Source: Promethearchaeota archaeon Loki_b31 (GTDB taxonomy: Archaea; Asgardarchaeota; Lokiarchaeia; Sigyniarchaeales; SOKP01). Taken from it: a stretch of 64,000 nt of DNA. Shown in pieces: positions 1-10,619 of the stretch. The stretch lies in the NCBI GenBank assembly GCA_005222975.1, contig NJBI01000009.1, forward strand, positions 20,449 through 84,448, given 5' to 3'. A program made the translations under genes and the position numbers. The notes beneath the pieces were generated by a model. It worked only from the letters and a program-made list of their open reading frames with translations. It was not told where the DNA came from and made no database searches. The number at the start of each line of letters is the position of its first letter. The first letter of the stretch is position 1.

Positions 1-64
1 CTCTAATTTTGTATCTTATCAAAATTTTTCTTTTTTAAACGCTTGATTTGATATCAAAGGTATA

Positions 65-352
65 ATGGACTCTAAGACCGAAAAAGATCCGTTTGACCTC
101 AACTTCAAAAAAAAAGTTAGGATGAAGGATTTTTTAGTCTTTAAAGAATCGAACGACGACCAAGACAATTATAAAATCATAGAGTTCGAAAAAACAAAAG
201 AGCAGAACCTTGAAGTTCTACAATTCATCCAAAGAATGATTAAAAGCAATCCGGACTTGAATTCGAGTCAAGTAAAAGATTATTTAAAGCGCCAGCGGTA
301 CTTTATTAAGCTATACTTGAAAGAAATTAATAAAGATCGTGTTGATGAATAA
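65..352 (+). CDS. hypothetical protein
   Basis: 95 aa ATG ORF, co-oriented with the next ORF; no recognised motif. Confidence 0.6.
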   Translation: MDSKTEKDPFDLNFKKKVRMKDFLVFKESNDDQDNYKIIEFEKTKEQNLEVLQFIQRMIKSNPDLNSSQVKDYLKRQRYFIKLYLKEINKDRVDE

Positions 353-409
353 TTTTTTTTTATATAAGATCGCGGTTTTTGGTAGTAAAACCTTAAAAAA
401 ACCAGTAAA

Positions 410-670
410 ATGAGTTTAGAAGCAGATAAAAAAAATAAGCAAGAGCCAGTGATTGTAGAAGTCCAAGAGTACGACAACATCAAAATTATCCTTTCGAAAA
501 TAATAGTTCCCTTTTCTGAGATCGCGAAAGAATTAAGTGCGCCCGATGTATATTCTGGTTGCAAAAACATCCCTTTTGAAAATCGCGATCCGTTCTATAA
601 AAGCGTAATAAGGAATGAATTTGCCGATGCGATGCGTTCTTTTAGAAAGGAAAACGAACTTAAAGTGTAA
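410..670 (+). CDS. hypothetical protein
   Basis: 86 aa ATG ORF with TATA-like TTTATATA upstream (~358-365). Confidence 0.6.
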   Translation: MSLEADKKNKQEPVIVEVQEYDNIKIILSKIIVPFSEIAKELSAPDVYSGCKNIPFENRDPFYKSVIRNEFADAMRSFRKENELKV

Positions 671-1220
671 AACTTAATCTTTTTTTATTTAGTTTATAGT
701 AATAGTTCTCGTCTTTTGACACGGTTAGAAGCCCAGCTTTTTTTGATCCTCTAACAAGCTCCGTTAATTTGGAGGTCGGGATCCCGTAATTTTCTGCCAT
801 AATCTTGAGCATGTACATTGGAAACTTCCCGTAAAGGTTAGATAGCTTTAACAACATTTCTTTAAATTTCACCTCATAACTTTTGTCCTCGTCGTTGTTT
901 TTCTCTGATAAAGTTATTCTTTTACTTTTAGGCTCGGTAGCACGGTCTTTAAAATTATTCGTAGCGACTACAAAATCGCTTTCCGACCTGAACTCTGGTA
1001 CGCTCAATTCGCTTTGTTTCTGTTTTACGGTGTCTACAGCAGCCGTCATCCCATAAACGATCTCCCCTAAGCTTAAAATATCTTTTACTTGGTGGGTGCG
1101 ACCGCAGCGCAAACATTTCTTAGTTTTTTGAACTATCTTAACGTAGGAATATTGCCGACACTTTTTACAAGCAAACACCAAGTAAGGAGTCTCGTCATTT
1201 CGAAAAGTTAATTCTTCCAT
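660..1220 (-). CDS. Zn-ribbon (DUF1922-like) protein with possible C-terminal winged helix
   Basis: CKKC...CLRC motif; directly downstream of the Hef helicase gene. Confidence 0.7.
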   Translation of the reverse strand: MEELTFRNDETPYLVFACKKCRQYSYVKIVQKTKKCLRCGRTHQVKDILSLGEIVYGMTAAVDTVKQKQSELSVPEFRSESDFVVATNNFKDRATEPKSKRITLSEKNNDEDKSYEVKFKEMLLKLSNLYGKFPMYMLKIMAENYGIPTSKLTELVRGSKKAGLLTVSKDENYYYKLNKKRLSFTL

Positions 1221-1221
1221 T

Positions 1222-3402
1222 TTAAAGACTCATACCTTCTTTTTCTTTTTTCGCGTGTAAATATATGTTTTTTAAGATAAAATATAGTTCTTCGGAGTTA
1301 TCAATCGGAATCGCTTGAAGATCGTTCTTCTGCCCCCAATTCATAACTTTTTGTTTAAGCAACCTTTCTTCTTCTCGAAATTCTTCATTAAAATCGACAA
1401 AATCGAAAATCGAAACTATTAAGTGGTATTTTTTGCTTAATAAAATAATTTTTTTTAAAAGCGCATCCTCTATGAATTGGTGAGGATCGATAACTTGGAT
1501 TATTACTCGATCAAGCAAATTTAAGTGAATTATCGATTTAGCTATTTCAAAAGGGATTTGGTCGCGTTGGAGCTTCTTTCTTACGCCAAATTTAACTGGA
1601 AACGACTGACTTATCTTGATCTCGGTAGCAATATGTTTTTTTTCTTCGTTAATTGTAGTTTTTTGAAAGTACCTTAGCAAATTAGCTTGTTTTTTGGTGC
1701 CTTTAATCTTTTTCATGTCTGCGAGGGGTACTTCTGCTATTAATCTCGCATCAATAATAGTTTCTACAGGAGATTGTGAATGATTATAAGACGTTTTTAA
1801 TTGCTTCCCGCTTTTAAGGTTAAGGTTCATCTTTTTTAGCTTGTTCAGAGCGATGTGCATGTAAATTTCGTCGTGTGTGTCCTTACAATAAAGGATAATT
1901 ACTTTTCCTTCTCGATGTCGCGCAGTCCTTCCTTTTCTCTGGATAAACCTAATTTCTGAGGCCACCACGTCGTAAAATATTACCAAATCGCACTCTGCTA
2001 TGTCGAGACCTTCTTCACCTACGTTAGTGCTTACTAAAACGTTGTATTGGCCTTGTTTGAATTGCTCTAGTATTTCGAGTTGTTTTTTCTGAGACAGTCC
2101 TTTGTCGTCTTTTGATTTGGTTGATTGTCCAACGAATCGAGCGGGTTGGATTAAATTTTTTCCGTTTAATTTAAGTTTGTTTGTTATGTTTTTTACCGAG
2201 TCCCGAAGCTTTACAAATACTAAAACCCTCGAGGGTGGGTTATTTTCAAACTCTTGGACCAACAATTTTTCTAACACGTAAAATTTTGGGTGAATCAAAC
2301 GTTCAGGATAGTAATCTTCGTTTTTTTTAAGCTCAATAAATATTTGGTTTATTCTATGATCTGAGGCTAGTATTTTTACCGCTTTCGAGCTATTTTTTTT
2401 ACGAGCGTTTTGCTTTATCTTAGTTAGATAGATTAACAACACATCCAAACCTTGTTGTTCGATTAGTTCGAGCATGTGAAAAAGAATTAGCCCTTGTGCA
2501 TTCACCGAAATAGCGCTATAAACCCCTGTTTTATCGCCATCTCCTTGAACTAACCTCACCAATTCGGCATTGAGCTTTAGCAAGTCCTTACGGATCACCT
2601 TAGTATATAACTTGTCAGCTTTAACGCTCAAGAAACCTAATTGCGAAAGATACTGCAACCTCTCTTCTAAAAGGTTTTGAACGGCGATGTAGGCTTCCTC
2701 CATTAATTCGGTTAGATTAACGCCGATTTTATAAACATCCATCGGTTTCAAATATGTTTTTACATCAACATCTTTTCTCGTGCGCGTGTGTATGTTTTCC
2801 AGAGGAACGTGTAGGTTTTTACATAGAACTCTGATTTTTTCTTTAGTCGCTCCAGGGCTAGCGGTCAACCCCAAAATAGTTCCGTCCGGGTTTTGATCTG
2901 TATATTCGTCCGCTATTAAAGTGTAAGCGTAATCGCCAGAAGCGTGATGAGCTTCGTCAAAAATTATTAAACACACTCTTTCTAAAGTGTATTTTCTATT
3001 AGCGAGGTCGTTTCTCAATGTCTGGGGCGTGTAAAAAATGATTTGATTTTCTCGAAAAAAATCTACTCTTTTTTCAGGAGGAATTTTACCAGTTAAAACA
3101 ACGAATTGTTCTTCTGGGATCGTCATTAAGGTTCTAAAAGAATCGTAGTGTTGGTTAATTAACGGTCGCGTAGGGGCTAATACTATAACTTTAGTTTTAG
3201 TGGGAAACTTTTCTAAGATTTTTGCGGCAACATAGACTCCGATTATAGTTTTTCCGAGTCCGGTTGGAAGCACCACCAGCGAATTTTTAGACGCGCACGC
3301 TTGAGCTATCTTTAGTTGGTATTCCCTATGCTCGATCTGTTTTTCTCGCAAGTATTTATTTTTCGAATTTTTATTACTGTTTCTTTCTTCTATTTCAATC
3401 AC
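1222..3402 (-). CDS. hef: Hef/FANCM-like SF2 DEAH helicase with degenerate C-terminal ERCC4-like region
   Basis: LPTGLGKT Walker A, FDEAHH, TASPG, EEGLDI and QRKGRTAR motifs typical of Hef/Mph1. Confidence 0.9.
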   Translation of the reverse strand: MIEIEERNSNKNSKNKYLREKQIEHREYQLKIAQACASKNSLVVLPTGLGKTIIGVYVAAKILEKFPTKTKVIVLAPTRPLINQHYDSFRTLMTIPEEQFVVLTGKIPPEKRVDFFRENQIIFYTPQTLRNDLANRKYTLERVCLIIFDEAHHASGDYAYTLIADEYTDQNPDGTILGLTASPGATKEKIRVLCKNLHVPLENIHTRTRKDVDVKTYLKPMDVYKIGVNLTELMEEAYIAVQNLLEERLQYLSQLGFLSVKADKLYTKVIRKDLLKLNAELVRLVQGDGDKTGVYSAISVNAQGLILFHMLELIEQQGLDVLLIYLTKIKQNARKKNSSKAVKILASDHRINQIFIELKKNEDYYPERLIHPKFYVLEKLLVQEFENNPPSRVLVFVKLRDSVKNITNKLKLNGKNLIQPARFVGQSTKSKDDKGLSQKKQLEILEQFKQGQYNVLVSTNVGEEGLDIAECDLVIFYDVVASEIRFIQRKGRTARHREGKVIILYCKDTHDEIYMHIALNKLKKMNLNLKSGKQLKTSYNHSQSPVETIIDARLIAEVPLADMKKIKGTKKQANLLRYFQKTTINEEKKHIATEIKISQSFPVKFGVRKKLQRDQIPFEIAKSIIHLNLLDRVIIQVIDPHQFIEDALLKKIILLSKKYHLIVSIFDFVDFNEEFREEERLLKQKVMNWGQKNDLQAIPIDNSEELYFILKNIYLHAKKEKEGMSL

Positions 3403-3418
3403 TATCCTCGAACTCCCT

Positions 3419-3994
3419 CTAAACGATTTTTACGAAGTATTCTCCTATTTGTAGTTTGGAAACCAATTTTTTGGTTCTCTCGTAAGACAAGATTAAGTTA
3501 CCCGCGTCTACCGCTAATTCTGAAGGGTACACGAGACCGTTACTTTTACTCTCGAAAAAGTACGGGTGAGCCTTCTTTAGCTCTTTTACCTTTCTCGCAA
3601 GCTCGGTACCGTTTCTTTTCACATCGAACCCTTTTCCGATTTTTACGCGTTGAAAAAAGTAGACGATGTCGCTTAACAATTTAACTTGGTCTCGATCAAT
3701 TTCTATTTCTTTTAGCTCGAGAACGCTCCCGTCTTTAACTTCAGATTTTGGCTTTAAAATTAAGTAAGTTTTGTCGTTTTTCCATTTTTTACAGAGAACA
3801 TAGCCTTCGAAAACACAATTAAATAACTTTTGGAAGCGAAAAATTACCTCTAAAACCGCGTCTAATTCGCTCGCAGATAGTTTGAGGTACTCAGCTAACT
3901 TGTCGAGACTAAATAGATTATTTTTTCGGACTTGGAACATCTCCAACGCTGATAGGATCTGATTTAACTGCTTAATTTTTACGCTCTGAGCCAT
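3419..3994 (-). CDS. hypothetical, possible HTH/winged-helix protein
   Basis: 191 aa; SLDKLAEYLKLSASEL resembles an HTH; co-oriented with hef. Confidence 0.65.
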   Translation of the reverse strand: MAQSVKIKQLNQILSALEMFQVRKNNLFSLDKLAEYLKLSASELDAVLEVIFRFQKLFNCVFEGYVLCKKWKNDKTYLILKPKSEVKDGSVLELKEIEIDRDQVKLLSDIVYFFQRVKIGKGFDVKRNGTELARKVKELKKAHPYFFESKSNGLVYPSELAVDAGNLILSYERTKKLVSKLQIGEYFVKIV

Positions 3995-4089
3995 TACTAC
4001 CTAAATTTATCGAGAGAATAAAAAGGAAAAATCTTAGACATATTAAGAAAAAAAAGAAAAACAAAATTTATTTAATATATAGTCAGATG

Positions 4090-7035
4090 TTATTGTGGAG
4101 CGGAGCGACTCAACCTAGATTTGAATTTTAATTTATTTTTCTTTTTAGCGAATTCTTTGTTAAAGTGCCCTTTTTTTAAGGTGCTGAAAATTACTCCTGA
4201 GCCTACAACCCCAATAATTATGGCCAAAGGAGGCGTTAAGTTTGCGTCGCTTTCGTAACTTGGAATAAGATCCTCTAAATCCGTATAAGTGTAAGTAATG
4301 GCGATCACAAATTGCGAACTCGAATGGAAGGGATCTTCCATGAATATTTCAAAACGATAATTTCCGAAGTAAGAAGGTCGATAGACGAAAGTAAATGTGG
4401 TGCTTTTCAAATCGTTTTTCGAAGCAAAAAATATAGTGTCAATTAAAATACCGTTCCTATACACTTCAGCGCGCATAAGTCCATCGTACACGGGCTGTTC
4501 TCCGGAAGCGAATCGTAAGGACGCGATAACAGTGATTTCGATTTTAGATTCAGTTTTTGAGACTAAAGTGTTGTAAATCGAATCGAAAGTGGTTTGAAAC
4601 GAAATCGGAAATTGTGCGACCTTAAGGCTACCGTCGTACACGCACAATTCTCCTTCGATTAGAGGGTAATTCTGAGGGTCAATAGGAACATTTATTTCTT
4701 TCTGGTGAGTATGGTTATCCATTTTATCTAATAGAATGGTTCCGAGTTGCTCGCTTTCTAGTTTAACCGTCATGTATAGTCCGAAATCAGACAAAATTAT
4801 ATTGCACAACTCGACAGAAATTAAGTTGTTTCCTCCTAATTGGATGGAGTTAGAGTACTGGGCGTTAATTCTTATGGGATCGTTTTTAGCCATTTCGCAG
4901 ATCCACGCGAAAGCTTCTTGCTCCAACGCGTTCCTTTCCGTAGACTCAAAAAACTCGTGGTGAGAGCCAGAATAAATCGATTGTATTAGCGAGTGCGATT
5001 GTTCCACATCGAAAACTGCCGATAAGTTTAAAATCTCGGATATTTTGTAGCTGAAATAGAGATTTTTGACGTTTGAGTAATTAAGGTGGTTAAAAACGAA
5101 GTTCTCTATTTTGGTACTATCCAAATTGTACTCGTCAATTGCCTTCAAGATATAAATCGCGTAGTAAGTGTTTTCTAAAGCGATCTCGATCGAGTTAGAG
5201 TATTTTACATCAAAATAAAGTTCTGTCGGAGATCCTATTATATTTCTAATGATATAAGTCGCTAAAGCTGATTCATCGAAGCCTAAGTTTGTGATAGGTC
5301 CCAACCCTAAATAATCGGCAATAAGTTCCATAACTTTTACCGCGTAAAAAGAGTACTGCAAGTAAATAAATCGACTCTTCCATTCTGAAGAGGAGAATAT
5401 GTTATCGAACTGAAAAGCTCCAAAACTTTCTTGGTATTCTGGGTCCATAAATTGCGAATCGATTACATCCTGCAACTCGGAATTAAGGTCGTGAGATGAA
5501 GCAAAATCGTTCAATTTAAATATTTTCTGAAGAGAATTAAGGATGAGATATGTTTCTTTGTGTGAGTACAACGCGTTTATTTTGTCGATGTGTTTATGAA
5601 AACCTAAAGTATAATAGTCGAGTTGTTTGGAACGGAAACGCGTAACAATTGGGTCCAGCTTAGTACATGCGAAAAAATCGTATTGTCCGCCCATATACAG
5701 CGCGCTACCTTCTAAAAGGTTGTATAATCCTTGTATGTCTAAGTCCACGATTCGGTCGAAATAATCGTACGAAGAAATAATCGAGTGGATAAGCTCTATT
5801 GAAGTGTAATCTTCCGAGAGCAATGAATACCCGTTAAATTGAGGGAAGAGCCGAATATAAGAGGCAATTTCGTTTTTTGTGCTCAGAGTCAATTCTGAGA
5901 TCGCTCCTGTGCTTGCGAGAGACCTTACGATTTGAAAAGTGTCTATTAATTCGTGGTATTTGATCGTAGTCGAAGCGTCCCAACCGCCCAAAGCGTTTCT
6001 ATTATTAATTATGAAGCTAATTACTTCGTTTCTGTTAATACCTGTAAAGCCCGTAATGCCTGACAATTCTAAATTTATGGCAGTTGCGACGATGTTAGTG
6101 TAATTAGTGAACAAAATGACCGAAGATATATCGAAGAAAAAGTCTTCGGGGTGATAAAGGTCGTTCAGATCTTGGTGAAACCTAGCCGTGTCAATAACAT
6201 CGACATAGCTACTCCCAAAAGTTTCTAAGGTTTTTATGGCGTAAAAAGACGCGAATTGATTCGGTCCTAACTCTAACAAAGAATCAAATAATGGCTCGTT
6301 ATCATTATAGAAGCCTGCGTGAGAGCCAACCGATTGCAACCCGTCTATATAGCTTACGATGTCGCTCCTTTCTTGAGAGTAGCTGCTCCAATCAGATATA
6401 AGAAGATCGAGTGTTATCACCGCATAATATGTATTATCTGCAGTAGGAATTTTAAGACCTTCGTCTAGCGAAGCGTCGTATGGCTGACCTATAAATCCAT
6501 GTAGGTTAGGATTGTAACACTCCCAAATAAAATCGATGGTTTCAGCAGTATCGATAAAACTTAAAGCATTTAGAATGTCTAAAGATAGCACAGCGTAGCA
6601 ATTAACCTCCAACAAAGTAGTTAGCGGCATATACAACCCCGGTATTATAGAAGACAAGTATCTTTTCGCGCTTGAATCTACGAACTGGTGAGAGCTTGAG
6701 TTGTAAAACGACATTACATAATTAGAAACTTCTCCTTGGTCGATTTCGCTTAGTTTTCCGATGGAGTCTAAAACTGAAAGCGCGTAATAAGTGGCTTGAA
6801 GCGAATCGGAGTAAAACTGAGGGTAATAACCGTAGGTAGAATAATCATCGTTTTTGGAGTCGAATATAGATTCGATAATTTCGAGGTTTGTCGCATTGGA
6901 AGATTTCAAAGTATCGAACTTGACGTCGGTTACGATATCAGGAGCGGCTATAGACTTGTTGCCAATAATCAAAAAACAAGCTAAAAATACGATTGATACA
7001 ATTCCAATTATAACTATAGTTTTTTTCGATCGCAT
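4090..7035 (-). CDS. membrane-anchored extracellular protein with prenyltransferase/squalene-cyclase-like alpha/alpha repeats
   Basis: N-terminal signal/TM segment, repeated TYYA/xLxxL and GF/GGW motifs, C-terminal TM helix and basic tail. Confidence 0.75.
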   Translation of the reverse strand: MRSKKTIVIIGIVSIVFLACFLIIGNKSIAAPDIVTDVKFDTLKSSNATNLEIIESIFDSKNDDYSTYGYYPQFYSDSLQATYYALSVLDSIGKLSEIDQGEVSNYVMSFYNSSSHQFVDSSAKRYLSSIIPGLYMPLTTLLEVNCYAVLSLDILNALSFIDTAETIDFIWECYNPNLHGFIGQPYDASLDEGLKIPTADNTYYAVITLDLLISDWSSYSQERSDIVSYIDGLQSVGSHAGFYNDNEPLFDSLLELGPNQFASFYAIKTLETFGSSYVDVIDTARFHQDLNDLYHPEDFFFDISSVILFTNYTNIVATAINLELSGITGFTGINRNEVISFIINNRNALGGWDASTTIKYHELIDTFQIVRSLASTGAISELTLSTKNEIASYIRLFPQFNGYSLLSEDYTSIELIHSIISSYDYFDRIVDLDIQGLYNLLEGSALYMGGQYDFFACTKLDPIVTRFRSKQLDYYTLGFHKHIDKINALYSHKETYLILNSLQKIFKLNDFASSHDLNSELQDVIDSQFMDPEYQESFGAFQFDNIFSSSEWKSRFIYLQYSFYAVKVMELIADYLGLGPITNLGFDESALATYIIRNIIGSPTELYFDVKYSNSIEIALENTYYAIYILKAIDEYNLDSTKIENFVFNHLNYSNVKNLYFSYKISEILNLSAVFDVEQSHSLIQSIYSGSHHEFFESTERNALEQEAFAWICEMAKNDPIRINAQYSNSIQLGGNNLISVELCNIILSDFGLYMTVKLESEQLGTILLDKMDNHTHQKEINVPIDPQNYPLIEGELCVYDGSLKVAQFPISFQTTFDSIYNTLVSKTESKIEITVIASLRFASGEQPVYDGLMRAEVYRNGILIDTIFFASKNDLKSTTFTFVYRPSYFGNYRFEIFMEDPFHSSSQFVIAITYTYTDLEDLIPSYESDANLTPPLAIIIGVVGSGVIFSTLKKGHFNKEFAKKKNKLKFKSRLSRSAPQ

Positions 7036-7319
7036 AATATTTCACGTGAATATGTTTTTAAAAAAGCTTTTAGACTAGATTAGTCGTAAGTTTATAAAAG
7101 AAAAAAAGAAGTTTCCGACAGATTTATGAATGCCAAATTAACTTGTTTTAATTTAACTTCTATGGGTAATTTCATTATGGTAAAAATTAAAATAAATCTC
7201 GAAAACTAACTTTTCTTACCAGAGCGCTTCTCTCTTAAAAAAAGATATAACTTAATCCAACAAAAAATGTCAGTAAAGAATATATGTTTAATTGTCTTTA
7301 TATTTTTCTTGAAAATACT

Positions 7320-7676
7320 ATGAAAAAAAAAATTCAAAATATTATTTTTCTTATTATTGGTTTCATTTTTATGTCAATTGCAATCTTCCCAATAGTTTAT
7401 TTTCATGTAATTTTTTTCGATAAAACTAATAGTTTTGCTTATTACCTATTTAAGGGGGAACCATATTACAATTTAATCTTATTTACATTTATATTCTTTC
7501 TTTTAAGCTTCTTTTTTATAGTTCCTGGAATAAGTTTGTTCCAACATGAAAAAGAAGAGAAACCATTCTCATTTAAACGAAGCTTTTATATTCTTGTATT
7601 TGTATCGTTAATTGAATTTTTTATAATGAATCTTCTTTTCCCAGGAGTAATCATAACTATGCCCCCTCCAAATTAA
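7320..7676 (+). CDS. small membrane protein (about 3 TM)
   Basis: hydrophobic ORF; ATG at 7320 preferred to 7284. Confidence 0.6.
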   Translation: MKKKIQNIIFLIIGFIFMSIAIFPIVYFHVIFFDKTNSFAYYLFKGEPYYNLILFTFIFFLLSFFFIVPGISLFQHEKEEKPFSFKRSFYILVFVSLIEFFIMNLLFPGVIITMPPPN

Positions 7677-7731
7677 TTTTATAATTTATAAAGTCATCTT
7701 TAAAATACTACTGATATCGGTAATTTCATTT

Positions 7732-7751
7732 AAAGGGTTATACAACCCTTT
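7732..7751. other. perfect hairpin AAAGGGTT-ATAC-AACCCTTT (terminator or operator)
   Basis: 8-bp inverted repeat in the intergenic region after the 7676 stop. Confidence 0.45.
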
Positions 7752-7838
7752 TGAAATCATTTCAATCGCTAAACTTGATTGACATAATTATTAATTATTT
7801 ACAAATTATTAATTACTTACAAATCATATCTTACAATT

Positions 7839-9296
7839 ATGGTGAAAATGAAATCGAAATCAAAATTAAAAATATTAATTTTAATCGCTTTAGGAATCTT
7901 TTTCGCTTTATCACCAATGATTACCGTCAATTTTAGTTTTATTACAGGTAATAGCAACAAATATTTGGAATATAGCGATGATATTAATTTAGATAATAAA
8001 AATCTAAAAATCTCAGCAGTTTCGGAAAGAATTCATATAATCAATAATTCCGGATGGGTTGCTTTTAAAAACGCTGGAAATTGTACGGGAGAAGGCACTT
8101 ATTCCGACCCTTATGTCATAGAAGATTTGGTAATAGATGGCGGAGGTTCGGAAAATTGCATCTGGATTGAAAACTCTAGCGTTTATTTTAGGATTGAAAA
8201 TTGTTCCATTTCTTATTCCATGATAGGAATACAATTATCAAATGTAAACAATTCTCTGATAATCACGAATAATTGTTCGCCGAATAATTGTGCGATATAT
8301 TTATTGGAATGTAATAATAACACCCTTTCGGGGAACACCGCAAATAACAACTTTCATGGGATATATTTATTCGATAGTAATAATAACACCATTTCGGGGA
8401 ACACCGCAAATGATAATACTATGAATGGGATATCTGTAAACTATTTTACGGGGATACCTGTAAGCGGGAATAATATCATTATTTCGGGAAACACCGCAAA
8501 TAACAACGAAAATGGTATATTCTTATATAATAGTAACTATAGCACCATCTCGGGAAACACCGCTAACGATAATACTTATAGTGGAATATTTTTAAGCGGG
8601 AATAATAACATTATTTCAGAAAACAACGCAATTAATAATAGCGGTGGGATATTAAATAGCGTTGGGATAGTAGTGGGGATGATAAGTAATTATAACAATA
8701 CTATTTCGGGAAACACCGCAAGCAACAACGACTATGGGATATTTTTACGCGGTAATAACAACACTATTTCGGGAAACACCGCTAACGATAATACTGATTA
8801 TGGAATATGTATAAGTGAGTCTAGTAATAACACAATTTTGAGAAACACAGCAAATAACAACAACTATGGTATATGCTTAGAAGAAGCTAGTGATAATAAC
8901 AACATTACGGAAAATATCGTAAATTACAATTATTTGATAGGCATTTATTTAGACTCCAGTAATGGGAATATTATATATTTTAATTGCTTTAATAATTACC
9001 TCAATGCTATTGATGATGGTTCGAATAATCATTGGGATAATGGAATTAAGGGGAATTATTGGAGTGATTATACAGGTTCAGACGCAGATGGCGACGGAAT
9101 TGGTGATGTGCCATATAAAATTACTGGTTCTGCAGGAAGTCAAGACAACTTTCCATTAATGAAATGTCCATTTTCAGCTCAAGATGATGGAGGAATTCCA
9201 ATCGAACTGGTTATTTTTATTTCGGTTATTAGTGGAGCAGCATTGGTAAGCGTTGTATCCATATTGTTAATTAGACATAAAAGGAAGAGAATATAA
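7839..9296 (+). CDS. NosD/CASH-like parallel beta-helix surface protein
   Basis: many NNTISGNTANxN repeats, GNYWSDY..D.DGDGIGD.PY motif, N- and C-terminal TM segments. Confidence 0.85.
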   Translation: MVKMKSKSKLKILILIALGIFFALSPMITVNFSFITGNSNKYLEYSDDINLDNKNLKISAVSERIHIINNSGWVAFKNAGNCTGEGTYSDPYVIEDLVIDGGGSENCIWIENSSVYFRIENCSISYSMIGIQLSNVNNSLIITNNCSPNNCAIYLLECNNNTLSGNTANNNFHGIYLFDSNNNTISGNTANDNTMNGISVNYFTGIPVSGNNIIISGNTANNNENGIFLYNSNYSTISGNTANDNTYSGIFLSGNNNIISENNAINNSGGILNSVGIVVGMISNYNNTISGNTASNNDYGIFLRGNNNTISGNTANDNTDYGICISESSNNTILRNTANNNNYGICLEEASDNNNITENIVNYNYLIGIYLDSSNGNIIYFNCFNNYLNAIDDGSNNHWDNGIKGNYWSDYTGSDADGDGIGDVPYKITGSAGSQDNFPLMKCPFSAQDDGGIPIELVIFISVISGAALVSVVSILLIRHKRKRI

Positions 9297-9335
9297 TTAT
9301 TAAAAAACAAGAGAAAAAAAAGTAGGAAAGTAGCG

Positions 9336-10619
9336 CTAACAAGTCAAAGGGGGTCCCGTGGGGTTGTAATACCTCCACAATTCCAGCTTAACAAATTTTT
9401 TGTTTTCACATTTTTCTACTTTTCCAACGCTTTTGACATTTGCAAATTTTCTATTGTTATTAATGTAAGTGTTATGATTCTGAATGATGGTTGCAAATAA
9501 GTACCCGTTAATGTTTTTTAAGAATAGGTAAAAATCTTTGCTCTCGTTTAAGTTGTTAAATACCTGGGTTGCATTTCCTAAGACTACTTGGACTATGTCT
9601 GCGCCATCAACGAGCGAATCTTCGTAATCGCCTGACTCTCCATCTACACAGACAAAAGCAGGGTCGAGCACACCTAATTTAGACATTACTTTCTTTAACA
9701 AGCCGGCGGATTTTACTAAGCTCCTAAAACCTGAAACCCTAAATCGTTCTATAACTCTCCTCTCTACTTGCCTGTGGATCGTTGACATTTTGATCCCTAA
9801 CCTCTCGCAAAGAGCTGAAACGCTCACTCCATTGGGCTGAGAACAGAGCAGAGTGATGGAGGTTACGAGCCCCACGATAACATCGTCCTTCGTGTTTTTA
9901 ATTTTCTCGTAAAACCGAGACAAAATCTTGTATGACTGGTAATAAAAAGACATTCCCAAATCGAAGTGTTCGGTAATTTCTAAAATTCTTTGGATTATAT
10001 ATTCCTTGCGGTCTCTTTCTTTGTATTGCGGCCATAAACTTGCCATAGGAATCTTGAATTCGTTAAAATCCTTTTTGGAAATCTTCGAAACTTCTAACAA
10101 TTCTCTCTCGCTTATTGGTGTATTGTTGTGCTTATAATAAAAATAAATCACGCAAGGCACTAACATTTCAGTGCTCCGAAATTTCGTGCCTTTGCCTAAT
10201 TGAGCTCGAATCTTTTTAAAAACTTCCAAAATACTAACAGAGTCGCTCAGAGGAAAGTCAAGATTCGTTAAAATGCTTTTTATCGCTATTTTTGCCGAAA
10301 TTACAACGTTTTCCTCGCTCGTACGGTGAGAATCTAGCCTGTTTAAACCTTCGAGTCTAACCGAGTTTTTTGTTGCGCGCCTTTCGCTTTTGTACCCCAT
10401 CTGAGTTTTACCCAAGACGGCGTACTGAACGATATCGGCGTCGTACGGTCTGTGGTACTCTAATTTCTGAACTTCTAGAACGATACCACAGTCTCGGCAG
10501 GTGTAGCACTCGCGAGTTTCGACAATGTTGCAAGATCCGCAAACATCGCAGCGCTCCAAAGGGTTTTGAACGGAGTCTACTACTATCGAATCGATTTTTA
10601 CTAATTCGTGGGTTGCCAT
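9336..10619 (-). CDS. tfb: divergent transcription initiation factor IIB (TFB) paralog
   Basis: N-terminal CDVC...CRDCGIV Zn ribbon followed by two cyclin-like repeats and a C-terminal extension. Confidence 0.75.
   Translation of the reverse strand: MATHELVKIDSIVVDSVQNPLERCDVCGSCNIVETRECYTCRDCGIVLEVQKLEYHRPYDADIVQYAVLGKTQMGYKSERRATKNSVRLEGLNRLDSHRTSEENVVISAKIAIKSILTNLDFPLSDSVSILEVFKKIRAQLGKGTKFRSTEMLVPCVIYFYYKHNNTPISERELLEVSKISKKDFNEFKIPMASLWPQYKERDRKEYIIQRILEITEHFDLGMSFYYQSYKILSRFYEKIKNTKDDVIVGLVTSITLLCSQPNGVSVSALCERLGIKMSTIHRQVERRVIERFRVSGFRSLVKSAGLLKKVMSKLGVLDPAFVCVDGESGDYEDSLVDGADIVQVVLGNATQVFNNLNESKDFYLFLKNINGYLFATIIQNHNTYINNNRKFANVKSVGKVEKCENKKFVKLELWRYYNPTGPPLTC

Noticed and set aside
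8320-8870. Repeated TTTCGGGAAACACCGC motifs as a DNA repeat element
   Set aside because: They are explained by ISGNTA beta-helix coding repeats.
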